Of a stretch of DNA of 64,000 bases, positions 10,099 through 21,359 are shown piece after piece. This DNA comes from an uncultured Actinomycetes bacterium (GTDB lineage: Bacteria > Actinomycetota > Thermoleophilia > UBA2241). Where the stretch lies: assembly GCA_963755025.1 (NCBI GenBank), contig CAVWIH010000011.1, forward strand, positions 87,555 through 151,554, in the 5' to 3' direction. Numbering within the stretch: the first letter of the stretch is position 1; each line of letters opens with the position of its first letter. The notes beneath the pieces were generated by a model. It did not search any database, was not told the origin of the DNA, and worked only from the letters and a program-made list of their open reading frames with translations. The position numbers were made by a program, and so were the translations under genes.

Positions 10099-11385
10099 CT
10101 AGTAATGGATGTAGACCGTCTCGCCCACCCAGGACTGCCGGTAGGTCCAGTCGGCCACCCACATGGGCTCGCGCACGCAGCCGTGGCTGGCCGGGTAGGC
10201 CGGCACCTCGGGGTAGCCGTGCATGGCGAAGTTGCCGTAGAAGTCCATGGTGCGCCACAGGGTGGCGGTGCCCAGCCAGGTGCTGGTCGAGGGCGCCTTG
10301 CGCAGTATGTGAAAGCGGCCGACCGGCGTGTTGCCGGTGCGCCCGGTGGAGACGGCGATGATGCCGTACGGCACGCCCTTCTTGACGACCATGAGGATCT
10401 GCCGCGTCTTGTCGATCTCGATGTGCGTGGCCGGCGACGTGTGCACCGCCTTGATGAGGCGGGCGGTGTCGAGCTTGCGCCAGTCGGCGGCGGCGAACAC
10501 GTAGGTGCGCGGCAGGCGGTAGGCCTTCTGGAAGGCGACGATCGAGTCGCCGGCCTGCACCGACAGGGTCGACGACATGCCGGGTATGCGAAAGCGCAGC
10601 GCGGCGAGACGGCCGAGCAGGATGCGCACGTAGGGGCCTTTTGAGCCGACGGCGATGCGCTTGTAGCCGGCGTGCAGGGTGGCCGTCTGCTGCGGCGCGG
10701 CGCTGAGGTCGCCGGCCGCGTCGGCCAGCACGTGCAGCGAGAAGGCGCCTATGCCGGGGGTGGGCGCGGCGAGCGTGAGCTTGCCGCCCGCGGCGTGGCC
10801 CTTGACCGTCGCGACCTTCTTGCCGTGGTGGTAGACGGTGACGGTCACGAGGCCGTCGTAGCTGGCCGGCGCGACGGTGAAGGTGAGCCTGGTGTGGCCC
10901 CACGGCATGGTGGCGCCGGCGCGCCAGGTGACCTTGGGTGCGACCAGCAGGTCCTGGGGGGCGCCCGTCGTGCCGTCGGCCAGGGCGACCGTGACGGCGC
11001 CGCCGCCGGTGGGCGCGAAGGTGAGGCTGAAGGCGCCGCTTGCGTCGGTGGTGGCGGTGAGGGCGGGCTGGGCCACGCCGTCGACGGCCACGGTGAGCAC
11101 GTCGCCGGCCTCGGCCGGCGTGACCGTGCCCTGCGCCGTGACGGACTGCCCGTAGACGACCGCCAGGGGCGCGAGCGACCAGGTGATGGTGGGCGCCGGG
11201 TCGGCGACGGGGCTCGCGGAAGGTGAGGCCGCCCCGGCCGCCGGGGCGGCCGAGGTGCCGGGCGAAGCCTGCGCGCCCGACGCCCAGGCGGCGCCGGCGG
11301 CCACTGCGCAGACGATCAGTGTGACGAGCGCGACGGCGACCGCCCACCGCCCGCTACTGCCGAGTCTCCCGCTGCCTGCGCGCAT
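10099..11385 (-). CDS. Secreted L,D-transpeptidase (YkuD) with PG-binding-like domain
   Basis: Signal peptide; VSTG..TPVG, AMHG, ASHGCVR catalytic motif. Confidence 0.9.
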   Translation of the reverse strand: MRAGSGRLGSSGRWAVAVALVTLIVCAVAAGAAWASGAQASPGTSAAPAAGAASPSASPVADPAPTITWSLAPLAVVYGQSVTAQGTVTPAEAGDVLTVAVDGVAQPALTATTDASGAFSLTFAPTGGGAVTVALADGTTGAPQDLLVAPKVTWRAGATMPWGHTRLTFTVAPASYDGLVTVTVYHHGKKVATVKGHAAGGKLTLAAPTPGIGAFSLHVLADAAGDLSAAPQQTATLHAGYKRIAVGSKGPYVRILLGRLAALRFRIPGMSSTLSVQAGDSIVAFQKAYRLPRTYVFAAADWRKLDTARLIKAVHTSPATHIEIDKTRQILMVVKKGVPYGIIAVSTGRTGNTPVGRFHILRKAPSTSTWLGTATLWRTMDFYGNFAMHGYPEVPAYPASHGCVREPMWVADWTYRQSWVGETVYIHY

Positions 11386-11610
11386 GACGACACCCCCACT
11401 CGCTTGCGTTCCCGCCCCGGATTGTAGCCAGAGGCGCGGCGCACGCGCCAGCGTCGCGTCGTACGTCGTCTTGGGTCGCGCCGCCCCTGCGCGCGCCGCG
11501 CCCTCGCCGCGCCACGGCTGTCTCGCTCCGTCCGTCGCACGCGGGGTACGATACGCACAGGCGTCGCTGCCGGCGTGAGCGACCCCGCCCCCTACGACAG
11601 AGGTGAGTCA

Positions 11611-12870
11611 ATGCTCGACGTGAAGATGGTGCGCTCCAATCCCGACGAGGTCCGCGAATCGCTGCGGCGGCGGGGCGTTCCCACGTCGCCGCTCGACGAG
11701 TTCATCGCCGTCGAAGAGGAGCGTCGCCGCCTCACCACCGAGGTCGAGCTCATGCGCGCCGAGCGCAAGCGCGCGAGCGAGGCCATCGGCGCGCGCAAAA
11801 AGGCGGGCGAAGACGCGAGCGCCGAGATGGCCGCCACCCGCGAGCTCGGCGAGCGCATCAAAGACAGAGAGACCGCGCTGAACGCCAGCGAGACGCGCCT
11901 GCACGACCTGCTGCTCGCCATTCCCAACATCCTGCTCGACGACGTGCCCGACGGCGGCGAAGACGACTCGGTCGTGCTGCGCGAGGTCGGCGAGCGCACC
12001 GTCTTCGACTTCACCCCCAAAGACCACGTCGACCTGGGCGTCGCCCTCGACGTGATCGACATAGAGCGCGCCGCCAAGGTGAGCGGCTCGCGCTTCGTCT
12101 ACCTCAAGGGCGACCTCGTGCTGCTCGAGCTGGCCCTGGTGCGCTACGGCATCGACACGGTCATGGCGCACGGCTTTCGCCCGGTGCTGCCGCCCGTGCT
12201 GGTGCGCGAAGAGGCCATGTACGGCACCGGCTTCTTCCCCACCGACGAGCAGTCCATCTACCGCACGACCGACGGCGAGTGCCTGGTCGGCACGAGCGAG
12301 GTGCCGCTGGCCGGCCTGCACATGGACGAGTACCTCGAAGTCGGTTCGCTGCCGCTGCGCTACGCCGGCTTTTCGACCTGCTTTCGGCGCGAGGCCGGGG
12401 CCGCCGGCAAGGACACCCGCGGCATACTGCGCGTGCACCAGTTCGACAAGCTCGAGATGTTCAGCTTCTGCCTGCCCGACCAGTCGGCCGCCGAGCACGA
12501 GCTGATCCGCTCGATCGAAGAAGAGGTGCTGCAGGGCTTAGAGATCCCCTACCGCGTAGTGAACATCGCCGCCGGCGACCTGGGCGCGCCCGCCGCCAAG
12601 AAGTACGACTGCGAGGCCTGGATGCCCGGCCAGGACCGCTACCGCGAGGTCACGAGCTGCTCGAACTGCACCGACTACCAGGCGCGCCGCCTGAACTGCC
12701 GCTACCGCACCGAGCAGGGGCCGCGCTTCGTGCACACCCTGAACGGCACCACCATCGCCATCGGCCGCACGATCATCGCCATCATGGAGAACCACCAGCG
12801 CGCCGACGGCACCATCGCCGTGCCCAAGGTGCTGGTGCCCTACCTGGGCAAGGACACGATCGGAGCGTAA
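11611..12870 (+). CDS. serS: Serine--tRNA ligase
   Basis: MLDVK start, GTSEVPL, FRREAG, RVHQFDKLE, EVTSCSNCTDYQARR, HTLNGT. Confidence 0.97.
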   Translation: MLDVKMVRSNPDEVRESLRRRGVPTSPLDEFIAVEEERRRLTTEVELMRAERKRASEAIGARKKAGEDASAEMAATRELGERIKDRETALNASETRLHDLLLAIPNILLDDVPDGGEDDSVVLREVGERTVFDFTPKDHVDLGVALDVIDIERAAKVSGSRFVYLKGDLVLLELALVRYGIDTVMAHGFRPVLPPVLVREEAMYGTGFFPTDEQSIYRTTDGECLVGTSEVPLAGLHMDEYLEVGSLPLRYAGFSTCFRREAGAAGKDTRGILRVHQFDKLEMFSFCLPDQSAAEHELIRSIEEEVLQGLEIPYRVVNIAAGDLGAPAAKKYDCEAWMPGQDRYREVTSCSNCTDYQARRLNCRYRTEQGPRFVHTLNGTTIAIGRTIIAIMENHQRADGTIAVPKVLVPYLGKDTIGA

Positions 12871-12963
12871 GGGCGAGCCGGCCGGCGCGGAGGTAGTGGA
12901 CGGGCTCGACGCGCAGGCCAGCGAACGGGCAGGGCACCACGGAGGTGGCTGCCGAACCCGCGA

Positions 12964-13374
12964 TTAGCGAACGAGCTGGGCGCGGCCGAACGAGGCGCCT
13001 TCGGCGGTCTCGTGCCAGGGAATGACGTAGCACTCGACGTCGACCCCGAGGTAGTCGGTCTCGAGGTCGGCCTTTACGCGCAGCAGGTCGCGCGCGAGGA
13101 TGCGCTGCTGGTCGAACCCCAGGCCGCCCAGCGCGCGCTCGTAGGCCAGGCAGTCCTGGTGCGAGACGAGCACGATGCGCCTGATGTCGTGGTAATGCAG
13201 GACCTCCGAGACCCAGCTTCTGATCACGCGCCGTTCGGCGCCGGTTCGCGTTAGCACAAGCGGCCCGCCGGGCAGCAGCAGGCGATCGGCATCTTCGATG
13301 TGCAGGCGCGCCTGCAGGTCGTTTAATGCCTGCACCACGCGTCCGTCTGAGCAAGCCAACAGCAGAGAGTTCAT
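12964..13374 (-). CDS. Beta-carbonic-anhydrase-like protein
   Basis: CxDxR (CSDGR) and HxxC (HQDC) metal-ligand pattern. Confidence 0.6.
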   Translation of the reverse strand: MNSLLLACSDGRVVQALNDLQARLHIEDADRLLLPGGPLVLTRTGAERRVIRSWVSEVLHYHDIRRIVLVSHQDCLAYERALGGLGFDQQRILARDLLRVKADLETDYLGVDVECYVIPWHETAEGASFGRAQLVR

Positions 13375-14089
13375 GGCTCAGTAGTTTCCCGGAAGGTGCT
13401 AAGTTGCCGTTCGGAAGGCCGGGTAGCGAGTCTATGGGCTCCGTTCTGACGCCACGTCAATCGCTGCGCAGTGGCGGATTTGGCCCCTAAGGGCTCCGTG
13501 TGCCGACACGAAGCCGACATGTAGGTACTGGAGCCGCCAGACAGGTTCTCAACAGATCCGGGCACGGCGTCTACTATCTTGAAGGGGCCGGGCTGCATGA
13601 ACTAGACCCTACTCCCTTCTGCGGCCCTTTTCAGTGATCTTGCGCGATGCTGTCGCCGCTCTCGGACCGAACATCCGCAAAACGCGGACCGGCATCGGTG
13701 ACCGCAGCCTCATCAACCACGTGGCGAACTTCGCGCAGAGCTACGTCGACGTCGGTCGCGCGGGTAGCACACACGCCGCGAGGCTGTACTGGCGTGTAAG
13801 GAGCCGCGGACGAGCGGTGCGTCGATGAGACCTACGGCCCCGGTCACGAACCCGTATCAGTCTCAGAGCGGGGTCAACGCGGCGAGCTTCCGATGGGGTT
13901 CCTGTCATTACCGCTGAGCTTCTGGTGCGCGTCGATTCGCACCGCCCCGCCAGGGGACATGCGCACCACAATGGTTTGTCTAGCTCCTGTCTCCCGTGCT
14001 TTCGACGGCCTTCCACGCCTTGCCAGCCTCCAAGACTGGAGTGAGGGTGTCACTTAAGCAAATCAACCCACCACAGAGGAGACGAAGCC

Positions 14090-15336
14090 TTGCAAGGCCA
14101 CATCAGACGGCACGGCACTTCGGGGTCATGGGAGTACATCTTGGACGTGGGTCGCTACGGCGCCCAGCGCTGCCAAGGCTGCGGCAAGCGCTTCTGGACC
14201 GAGCGACGGCCGAAGAAGACCTGTCCATCATGCGGAGGCGAGCTGCGTGACACCGAAGAGCGCCGCCGCGAGACCAAAGGTGGTTTTGCTGCTCGCAAAG
14301 ACTGCCAAGCGGCGCTCGCCGCGAAACTCACAACGCTCGCCGAGCACACCTACGTCCTCCCTACACGCCTGAGCGTGCGCGAGTACCTGACGACGATCTG
14401 GCTGCCGGCGATCGAAAGTGGCGTGCGCGTTTCCACACTTTCCAGCTACCGAACCATCGTCCGGTACCACTTCGTCCCGCACCTCGGGGCGGTGCAGCTG
14501 CAGGGCCTGAACGCGGCTCGAATCAATGCCTTCTATGCTCACCTGCTAAGCGAAGGTCAGGTTCGCAGCTCAGGTGGGCTCTCTCCTAGCACCGTGAACC
14601 ACATCCATGGCATCTTGCATCGCGCCCTGCGCGATGCCGTTAAATGGGGCTATTTGCAGACGAACGCGGCAAGCGTAGCAGACCCGCCGAAAGCTTCAGC
14701 GCAGCACAGAGAGCTAGCGGTCTGGTCTGAGGAACAGCTGCGTGCTTTCTTGCACAGCGTGCGCAAGCATCGCCTTATATCCCCTCTGGCGTTTCTTGGC
14801 GATGACCGGCTGTCGCCGGGGCAAAGCGTTGGGCCTCACCTGGCGTGACCTGGATATCGAAAACGGTCGAGTGACGATCAGGCGCGCTCTGGTGCCGGTC
14901 GACGGTCGGCTGGTTGAGACAGAACCAAAGACACAAGCGCGGGCGGCGGCTAATCGCGCTCGATGCAGCGACAGTGGCCGCGCTCAGAGACCAGGCTGCC
15001 AGACAGCTGACAGAGCAGCATGCAGTGGGCGATCGTTGGCTCGAGAGCGAGCGGGTGTTCACGAAGGAAAATGGCGCTCAGTTGCAGCCTGAGCGCGTCA
15101 GCGACCTATTCATCCGTCTTGCACGAGCCGCCGCACTGCCGCGAATTCCCCTCCACGGGCTGCGACACACCTACGCAAGCTTGGCTCTGTCAAAGGGCGT
15201 CAATGCGGCAATCGTCTCGCGGCGACTGGGGCACGCGTCCGTCGCGTTTACACTCGACGTCTACACGCACGTATTACCCCAAGTCGACGAGCAGGCGGCC
15301 GAGTTCATCGCCACGTTCGCGGCCGACGAGAGCTAG
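14090..15336 (+). CDS. Tyrosine integrase (frameshifts near 14775 and 14935)
   Basis: Arm domain GHIRR..WEYILDVG..KGGF; catalytic TGCRRG, PKT, HGLRHTYA, LGHASVAFTLDVYTH. Confidence 0.9.
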
Positions 15337-15604
15337 ACGCGGACGCACCAAGGACGTCTGAAAACAGCCTTCTTCGTCGGCGCCACGCCAGCGACCGCCC
15401 CAATGCCGCCTACCGTGTCGTGCCCAAGTTTGCCCTGCACACAGCGCGCTGGGCCGACGCGCTACCGGCGCCACAGCGCAATCAACTGCATGCGGAGTCC
15501 CAGCCTCCTAACGTGTGCTCCCGGTGAAATGCCACGTCCATGTCGAGGCCATGCCCTGCGGGAAGCCCACCGCGGCCCGAAGCCGAGGAGCTCGGAGAAG
15601 AAGC

Positions 15605-15654
15605 TGGTGGCGAGGGACAGAATTGAACTGTCGACACCATGATTTTCAGTCGTG
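15605..15654 (-). other. 3' half of tRNA-Phe(GAA); att-site remnant
   Basis: Minus strand CACGACTGAAAATCATGGTGTCGACAGTTCAATTCTGTCCCTCGCCACCA; no 5' half upstream. Confidence 0.85.
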
Positions 15655-16057
15655 TCTGCTGGCTTCGTGTCATCTTGCGTCAGTGATCGGACTCCTCTTT
15701 GCCCAGCCACTCTAGCCATTTTGCAGCCGTTTTCCGCGCCTAGGTCGTGCCGTTTGGGGCTGCTCCACTGACATAAAACGCGTCGTTTTGCTCTCCGCTG
15801 CCCCGAAACGGCGCCGCGAACTGACGTGCCGACGCCCAATTCGACACGAAGGCGGCAGCTTCCAGCATGGATGATCTTCACGCCCCGCGCGACGAGCTCC
15901 CCGGCGTGCGCCGGAAGCTGACGAATCTAGTCATGTCTTTGGCGCTCAACCCTAAAGGAGAGCTTGAGGGTTCGTCGAAGATAGCACCGAACCTGGAAGA
16001 GCACCTGGCCGCAAGGCGTCTCCGGATCCAGTGAGACACGCTGTCAGGAGTCTTGCC

Positions 16058-17360
16058 ATGCGTAACGCACCCACCCCCCTCCCCAGCTCGGCCGACGCTG
16101 CCCGCCTTGACGTGCGCTGGTTGCCGATCGAGCAGATCGTGCCCTACCCCGCAACCCGCGGGATTGCCCGCCAGAGGCGATCGACCTGGTGGCACGAAGC
16201 ATCCGCGAGTTCGGCTTCCTGCAGCCCATCACCACCGATGAACACCACGTCATCCTCACCGGTCACACCCGCCTCCTGGCTGCGCAGCAACTGGGGCTTG
16301 CCAAGGTGCCGGTCATCACGATCGCTGGCCTGAGCGCAGCCCAGGCCCGCGCCTACCGCATCATGGACAACAAAAGCAACGAGGCGACAAGCTGGAACAC
16401 GACGCTGCTGGGCAGCGAGCTCGCCGCCCTGGTCGGCATGGAGATCGATCCCGCACTGACCGGCTTCAGTTCACAGGAGCTGGCCGACCTGCTCGCCCCG
16501 GCCAGCGACGGCACGCTCGGCCTTTGCGACCCAGACGAGACAGTCGAGCCGCCGGCCAAGCCCGTAACGAGGCCCGGCGAGGTACACCTGCTCGGCCGCC
16601 ATCGCCTGATGTGCGGCGACTGCGACCAAGGCCGAGGATGTCAGCCGCCTGATGGCCGGCCGGCGGGCGCACCTCATGGCGACCGACTGGCCTTACGGCG
16701 TGAGCTACGACGGCGGTAACCACCCCACCACCTGGAACAAGACCGGGCGGCGCATCAGCCCAGGTGAGAAGACCCGTCACTGGGACGACTACCGCGACAC
16801 AGACGAGCTCGGCACGTTCTACAGCGACTGTCTGCGCCTCGCCATCGACTACGCCCTGGTGAGCCGCCCCGTCATCTACACCTTCTTTGCCATGATGAAG
16901 GCGCCGGTCGTCTTCACCGCCTGGCAGCAGGTCGGCCTGCTGCCCCACCAGGTCTGCGTGTGGCAGAAGAGCCGCCACGTGCTCTCCCGCTGCGACTACA
17001 TGTGGGACTACGAACCGCTGCTCTACGGCTGGGTCAAGGGCAAGCGCCCGCTCCCCGAGCGCCGGCCGCCCTCCGAGGCGACCACCGTCTGGTCGTGGGC
17101 TCTGCCATCGAGGACGGCCAGAGCGGCCTGCACCCCACGCAGAAGCCGGTCGAGCTCATCCGCCGCCCCATCGAGTACCACACCCGTGTCGGTGAGATCG
17201 TCTACGAGCCCTTCAGCGGAAGCGGCACGGCGCTGATCGCCGCGGAGATGACCGGGCGGACCTGCTATGCGATGGAGCTCTCCCCCGCCTTTTGCGACGC
17301 GGCGACGAGGCGCTGGCAGAACTTCACGGGCGCACGGCGGCCATCGAGGCCCAGCCATGA
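16058..17360 (+). CDS. Phage-type ParB-N + N6/N4 DNA methyltransferase fusion (several frameshifts)
   Basis: SIREFGFLQPI, GHTRLLAA, HRLMCGD, TDWPY, HPTQKPVEL, YEPFSGSGT. Confidence 0.85.
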
Positions 17361-17863
17361 GTCGTTCGGCAAAGTCCGAGTTCGAACGGCGCGTCGATGA
17401 CGTCTACGACCTGCTGGTGAGCCGCGTCACCTGGCGCGCCATCGTCAGTTTCTGCACGGCCAAGTGGGGCGTCAGCGAACGTCAGGCCTGCCGCTACATG
17501 GCCGCCGCCCGCGAGCGCATCCGCGAGCTGCTCGGCCCCTCGCAGTCCGAGCACCTGGCCAAGGCCCTTGCGTCCTATGAGGCGCTCTACGCAAAACAGG
17601 TCGCCGGCGCCCACTACGGCGAAGCCCGCGCCACCCTTGACTCGATCGTCAAGCTTCTCGGTCTGGCCGCCCCCGACAAGCTCGAGGTCTACGACTTCTC
17701 GGGCTACTCCGACAAACAGCTAGCCGAAGAGGTGGCTCGTGAGCTCCCCGGACTCATCAGCGAAGCGGAACGCCTTACGCGCGGAGCTACTCAAAAGGAC
17801 CCAGAGCCGAGCGACCCAGACGGCAAGCTGGGTCCCCCACACCCCGACGCCCAAGCAGGCTGA
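17357..17863 (+). CDS. HTH protein, putative terminase small subunit
   Basis: WGVSERQACRY HTH and KLLGLAAP motif; lies between methylase and TerL. Confidence 0.6.
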   Translation: MSRSAKSEFERRVDDVYDLLVSRVTWRAIVSFCTAKWGVSERQACRYMAAARERIRELLGPSQSEHLAKALASYEALYAKQVAGAHYGEARATLDSIVKLLGLAAPDKLEVYDFSGYSDKQLAEEVARELPGLISEAERLTRGATQKDPEPSDPDGKLGPPHPDAQAG

Positions 17864-19091
17864 GTTTCTCGCCTGCACAGCCAGGGAGGCCTTCTACGGC
17901 GGAGCTGCCGGCGGCGGCAAGACAGACGCCCTGCTGATGGCGGCGCTGGCCTATGTCGATGTGCCCGGCTACCGGGCGCTGCTCTTCCGGCGCAGCTTCC
18001 CCGATCTCAACCTGCCCGGGGCCCTCATGGACCGCGCCCGTGAGTGGCTCGGAGGCAGCGCCGCGCGCTGGAACGCCCACGACCACGTCTGGACCTTCCC
18101 CAGTGGCGCCAGCCTGACCTTCGGCTATCTGGAGAACGAGAAGGATAAGTACCGCTACCAGTCGGCCGAGCTGCAGTACATCGGTTTCGACGAGCTCACT
18201 CAGTTTGCCGAGTCGCAGTACCTCTATCTGTTCTCCCGCCTGCGGCGCCTGGCGGGATCGGCGGTGCCGCTGCGCATGCGGCTGCCTCCAACCCGGGCGG
18301 CCTCGGCCACGAGTGGGTACGGGCGCGCTTCGTCGATGCGCCGCCCGACGGTGGGCGCCTCTTCATCCCGGCCCGCCTGGCAGACAACCCGCACCTGGAC
18401 CGCGACACCTACATGCACAACCTCCACGAGCTCGATCCCGTGACCTGCGCCCAGCTGCTGGAAGGCGACTGGCAGGTGCACCCCGAGGGCGTCATGTTCC
18501 ACCGCGACTGGTTCTGCGTGGTCGAGCAGCGCCCCGGCTGCGCGCAGCGCGTGCGCTACTGGGACAAGGCCGCCACCGCAGGCGGCGGGGCAAGGACGGC
18601 CGGCGTGCTGATCGCCAAGAACACCCAGGGCCTCTACTGGGTCGAGGATGTGGTCTGCGGGCAGTGGTCGGCGCTACACCGTGAAGAGATGATGCGCGCC
18701 ACCGCCGAGCGCGACGGTGACGAGGTCGACGATCTGGCTTGAACAGGAGCCGGGCAGCGGCGGCAAGGAGTCTGCCGAGGCCTCGATCCGCAACCTGGCG
18801 GGCTTTACCGTGCACGCCGACCGGGTGACCGGCGACAAGTGCGAGCGGGCGGCGCCGCTTGCCGCGCAGTGCGAGGCCGGTAACGTGCGTCTGGTGCGCG
18901 GCGCCTGGAACCAGCGCTACCTGGAGGAGCTCTGCGCCTTTCCACTGGGCTCCTATGCCGACCAGGTCGATGCCTCCTCGGGAGCCTTCAACAAGCTCGC
19001 CGCAGCGTGCAGCCGACCCTGGACGATCGCCGAGATCGAAGCCTGGGGAGCCGACGATCTCGAGGAGGCGAGACGGCTGCGGGGAGAATGA
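17739..19091 (+). CDS. Phage terminase large subunit (frameshifts near 18285 and 18730)
   Basis: Walker A YGGAAGGGKT, IGFDELTQF, nuclease WDKA..EQEPGSGGK..DQVDA. Confidence 0.88.
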
Positions 19092-19328
19092 CGCCGGAAC
19101 GCCGCGAGTCCGATCTCGCAAGCCTCGCAGGCGGCCCTCGTTATGGATGGAGAAAAAGGCGGCATGGCTGCCGTCGCTCAGTCGGCGGCTGCGCGAGCTC
19201 GCGACGCTTTCCGACCAGGCTTCTCGAGCGAGGTCACGTGATTGGCAGTCAGCCCACCGAAGATGAAGACTGGGCGATGCCTGGGCTGACCCTCGGTCGA
19301 CTGGGCCAGCCCACGCATCTTGTCGCCC

Positions 19329-19802
19329 TCAGGCCGGCGGTGTCTCGACGACGCCGGCAGGCTCGGCTTGCTGCCGAGCGCCGGTGGGAGACGCCTCACC
19401 CTGCGCCTCAGCCAATCCCACTGCTTCGATCTCGCCCTCGAGTGCGAGGCCTGCACAAACAGACGACAGTAAGGCGAGCACGATTGGAAGCGCCCAGACG
19501 CGCACGTTGGTCATGCGAAAGTCCGCATGCGTGTAGATCAGACATAAAGCAATCACTACGGCAGCTGCGACCAGGACGCCTCCCACCACCCTGCTGCGCA
19601 ACGTGATCAGGCCACCGACGATCATGAGGCTCCCCATGGCGGCCAGCAGTCGCTGCACACTGACGGCGGTGCCGCTGATGCGCCAGACGCCGCCGACCGC
19701 CCAAGGATGCTCGGCGTGGACGTAAAGGCCGATGCCGATGGCGGCGATGCCGGCCGCAACGCCGAGCCCTGCCGACAGTTTGCGCCAGCTTCGCGTGTTC
19801 AT
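19329..19802 (-). CDS. Small four-TM membrane protein
   Basis: Four hydrophobic segments; overlaps the permease stop. Confidence 0.65.
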   Translation of the reverse strand: MNTRSWRKLSAGLGVAAGIAAIGIGLYVHAEHPWAVGGVWRISGTAVSVQRLLAAMGSLMIVGGLITLRSRVVGGVLVAAAVVIALCLIYTHADFRMTNVRVWALPIVLALLSSVCAGLALEGEIEAVGLAEAQGEASPTGARQQAEPAGVVETPPA

Positions 19803-21226
19803 GCCTGGACCTCCACTTCTAGGGCCAGCGGCGTCAGCTCCACCTCAGAGGTGACTACAGAACCTTCAAGGGCTTCGTCGCTGGTACCGCGGTAGATACG
19901 CTTCAAAATCAGGTAGGCGATCGGACCGCTGGCCACGCCGACGAGGCCGCCCACCAGGTAGTCGCTGCCGTTCGTAAACAGCGCGTAGATCGCAATCGCG
20001 ATCGGAAAGCACACGTACACGGCCAGCAGCCAGGTCGGCATTGGCACCCGGAACGGGCGCGCCATGTTGGGCTCGCGCACGCGTAACGCGACCACCGCGA
20101 TGAAGATCGGGATGTAGCTGAACATCAGCAGGAAGACGTCGATTACGATCAGCGTCGTGAATCCGTACCTGATGAGAATGGCATCGACTGTGCCCATCGT
20201 GAGGATAGCGATCCAGGGGGTGCCCCAGCGCTTGTGCGCCCGGCCCATGAAGCGCGGATACAAACGATCGCGCGAGAGCTGATAGGAGGGACGCGAGCCG
20301 CTCGCCAAGTAACCGGTGTACAGGCCGAGGTTGCTGGCGATGGCGGAAGCGAACATGGCCCACAACAGGAAGGCGCCACCGACAATCTGGCCGGCCCTGA
20401 CGAAGTCGACCGCCGTTCCGCCGCCGCTTGAAGCCATGTTGGCCCAGTTGCCTTTGCCGGCCGCCATGATGCCGGCCATCGTGCTGAGCGCATAGGTGAT
20501 GATTACAATCGGCACGGCGATCATGATGGCCCGCGGGATCAGCCTCTGCGGGTTTTCGACTTCGGCGGCAAAGGTCGACATCGACTCATAGCCGGAGTAC
20601 ATCCACATCATGATGGCCAGGCCGAGGTTGCTGGCCGAGATGACGCCCACACCCTTAGGCAGGAAGGGCGAGATCGGATTTCCCGTCCCCTTGGCAAAGG
20701 CCCAGATCACAAGCAGCACAAACGGCACCATGACGATGACCTGGATGACGGTGAGCGCTTTGCCGGTGAGATCGAGGCCGCGGATGTTGATGAAGGTGAA
20801 GACGGCCACCAAACCGATGCCCAGCAGCCAACGCCAGTTGTCGCTGATGTGCCACTTGCTCTGGATGTAGCCGAGGGCAAGCGCGATGTAGACGGCCGAA
20901 TCGACGTACAGCGACAACGTCCACCACCAGCTCGTCTGAAAGCCCCAGTACTCGCCCAGGCCGCGCCTCACCCAGCGCCCGAGGCCGCCCTCCTCAGGGA
21001 TGGCCGAGCCGAGCTCCGAGGCAACGAGTGCCATGGGGATGCTCCAGATGAACGGCAGCAGGACGATCATGAGGATCGTGAAGCCTGGTCCTGACGACGA
21101 CACCACGTCTTCCATGCCAAACGCACCCGAGCAGACCAGGGTAAAGACGATGATCACCGCGGTGAAGATGCGCATCCTCACGCGTCGCAGTGCGGGATCG
21201 GTGAGCAGATTGCCAACATCGGACAT
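19799..21226 (-). CDS. APC-family amino acid/polyamine permease
   Basis: About 12 TM; SGAFGMED, ELGSAIPEEGG, WMYSGYE, EVENP, RPFRVP. Confidence 0.9.
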   Translation of the reverse strand: MSDVGNLLTDPALRRVRMRIFTAVIIVFTLVCSGAFGMEDVVSSSGPGFTILMIVLLPFIWSIPMALVASELGSAIPEEGGLGRWVRRGLGEYWGFQTSWWWTLSLYVDSAVYIALALGYIQSKWHISDNWRWLLGIGLVAVFTFINIRGLDLTGKALTVIQVIVMVPFVLLVIWAFAKGTGNPISPFLPKGVGVISASNLGLAIMMWMYSGYESMSTFAAEVENPQRLIPRAIMIAVPIVIITYALSTMAGIMAAGKGNWANMASSGGGTAVDFVRAGQIVGGAFLLWAMFASAIASNLGLYTGYLASGSRPSYQLSRDRLYPRFMGRAHKRWGTPWIAILTMGTVDAILIRYGFTTLIVIDVFLLMFSYIPIFIAVVALRVREPNMARPFRVPMPTWLLAVYVCFPIAIAIYALFTNGSDYLVGGLVGVASGPIAYLILKRIYRGTSDEALEGSVVTSEVELTPLALEVEVQA

Positions 21227-21359
21227 GCGAACCCCCAGTGCATTCCGAGGGGCTAAGCGCCCCAATCGAGCCTCGAAAGAACTACCCCCTCAGCCTCTTT
21301 TGCTGCTTGCGAACAGGGTAATGCGAAGCGGCGAGTCATCTAAGTCGCCCGTACCTTCC

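Noticed and set aside
11390-11610. T-box upstream of serS
   Set aside because: No T-box consensus; short GC-rich divergent promoter region
2906-12896. Long antisense or alternate-frame ORFs in the track
   Set aside because: High-GC shadow ORFs over confidently identified genes
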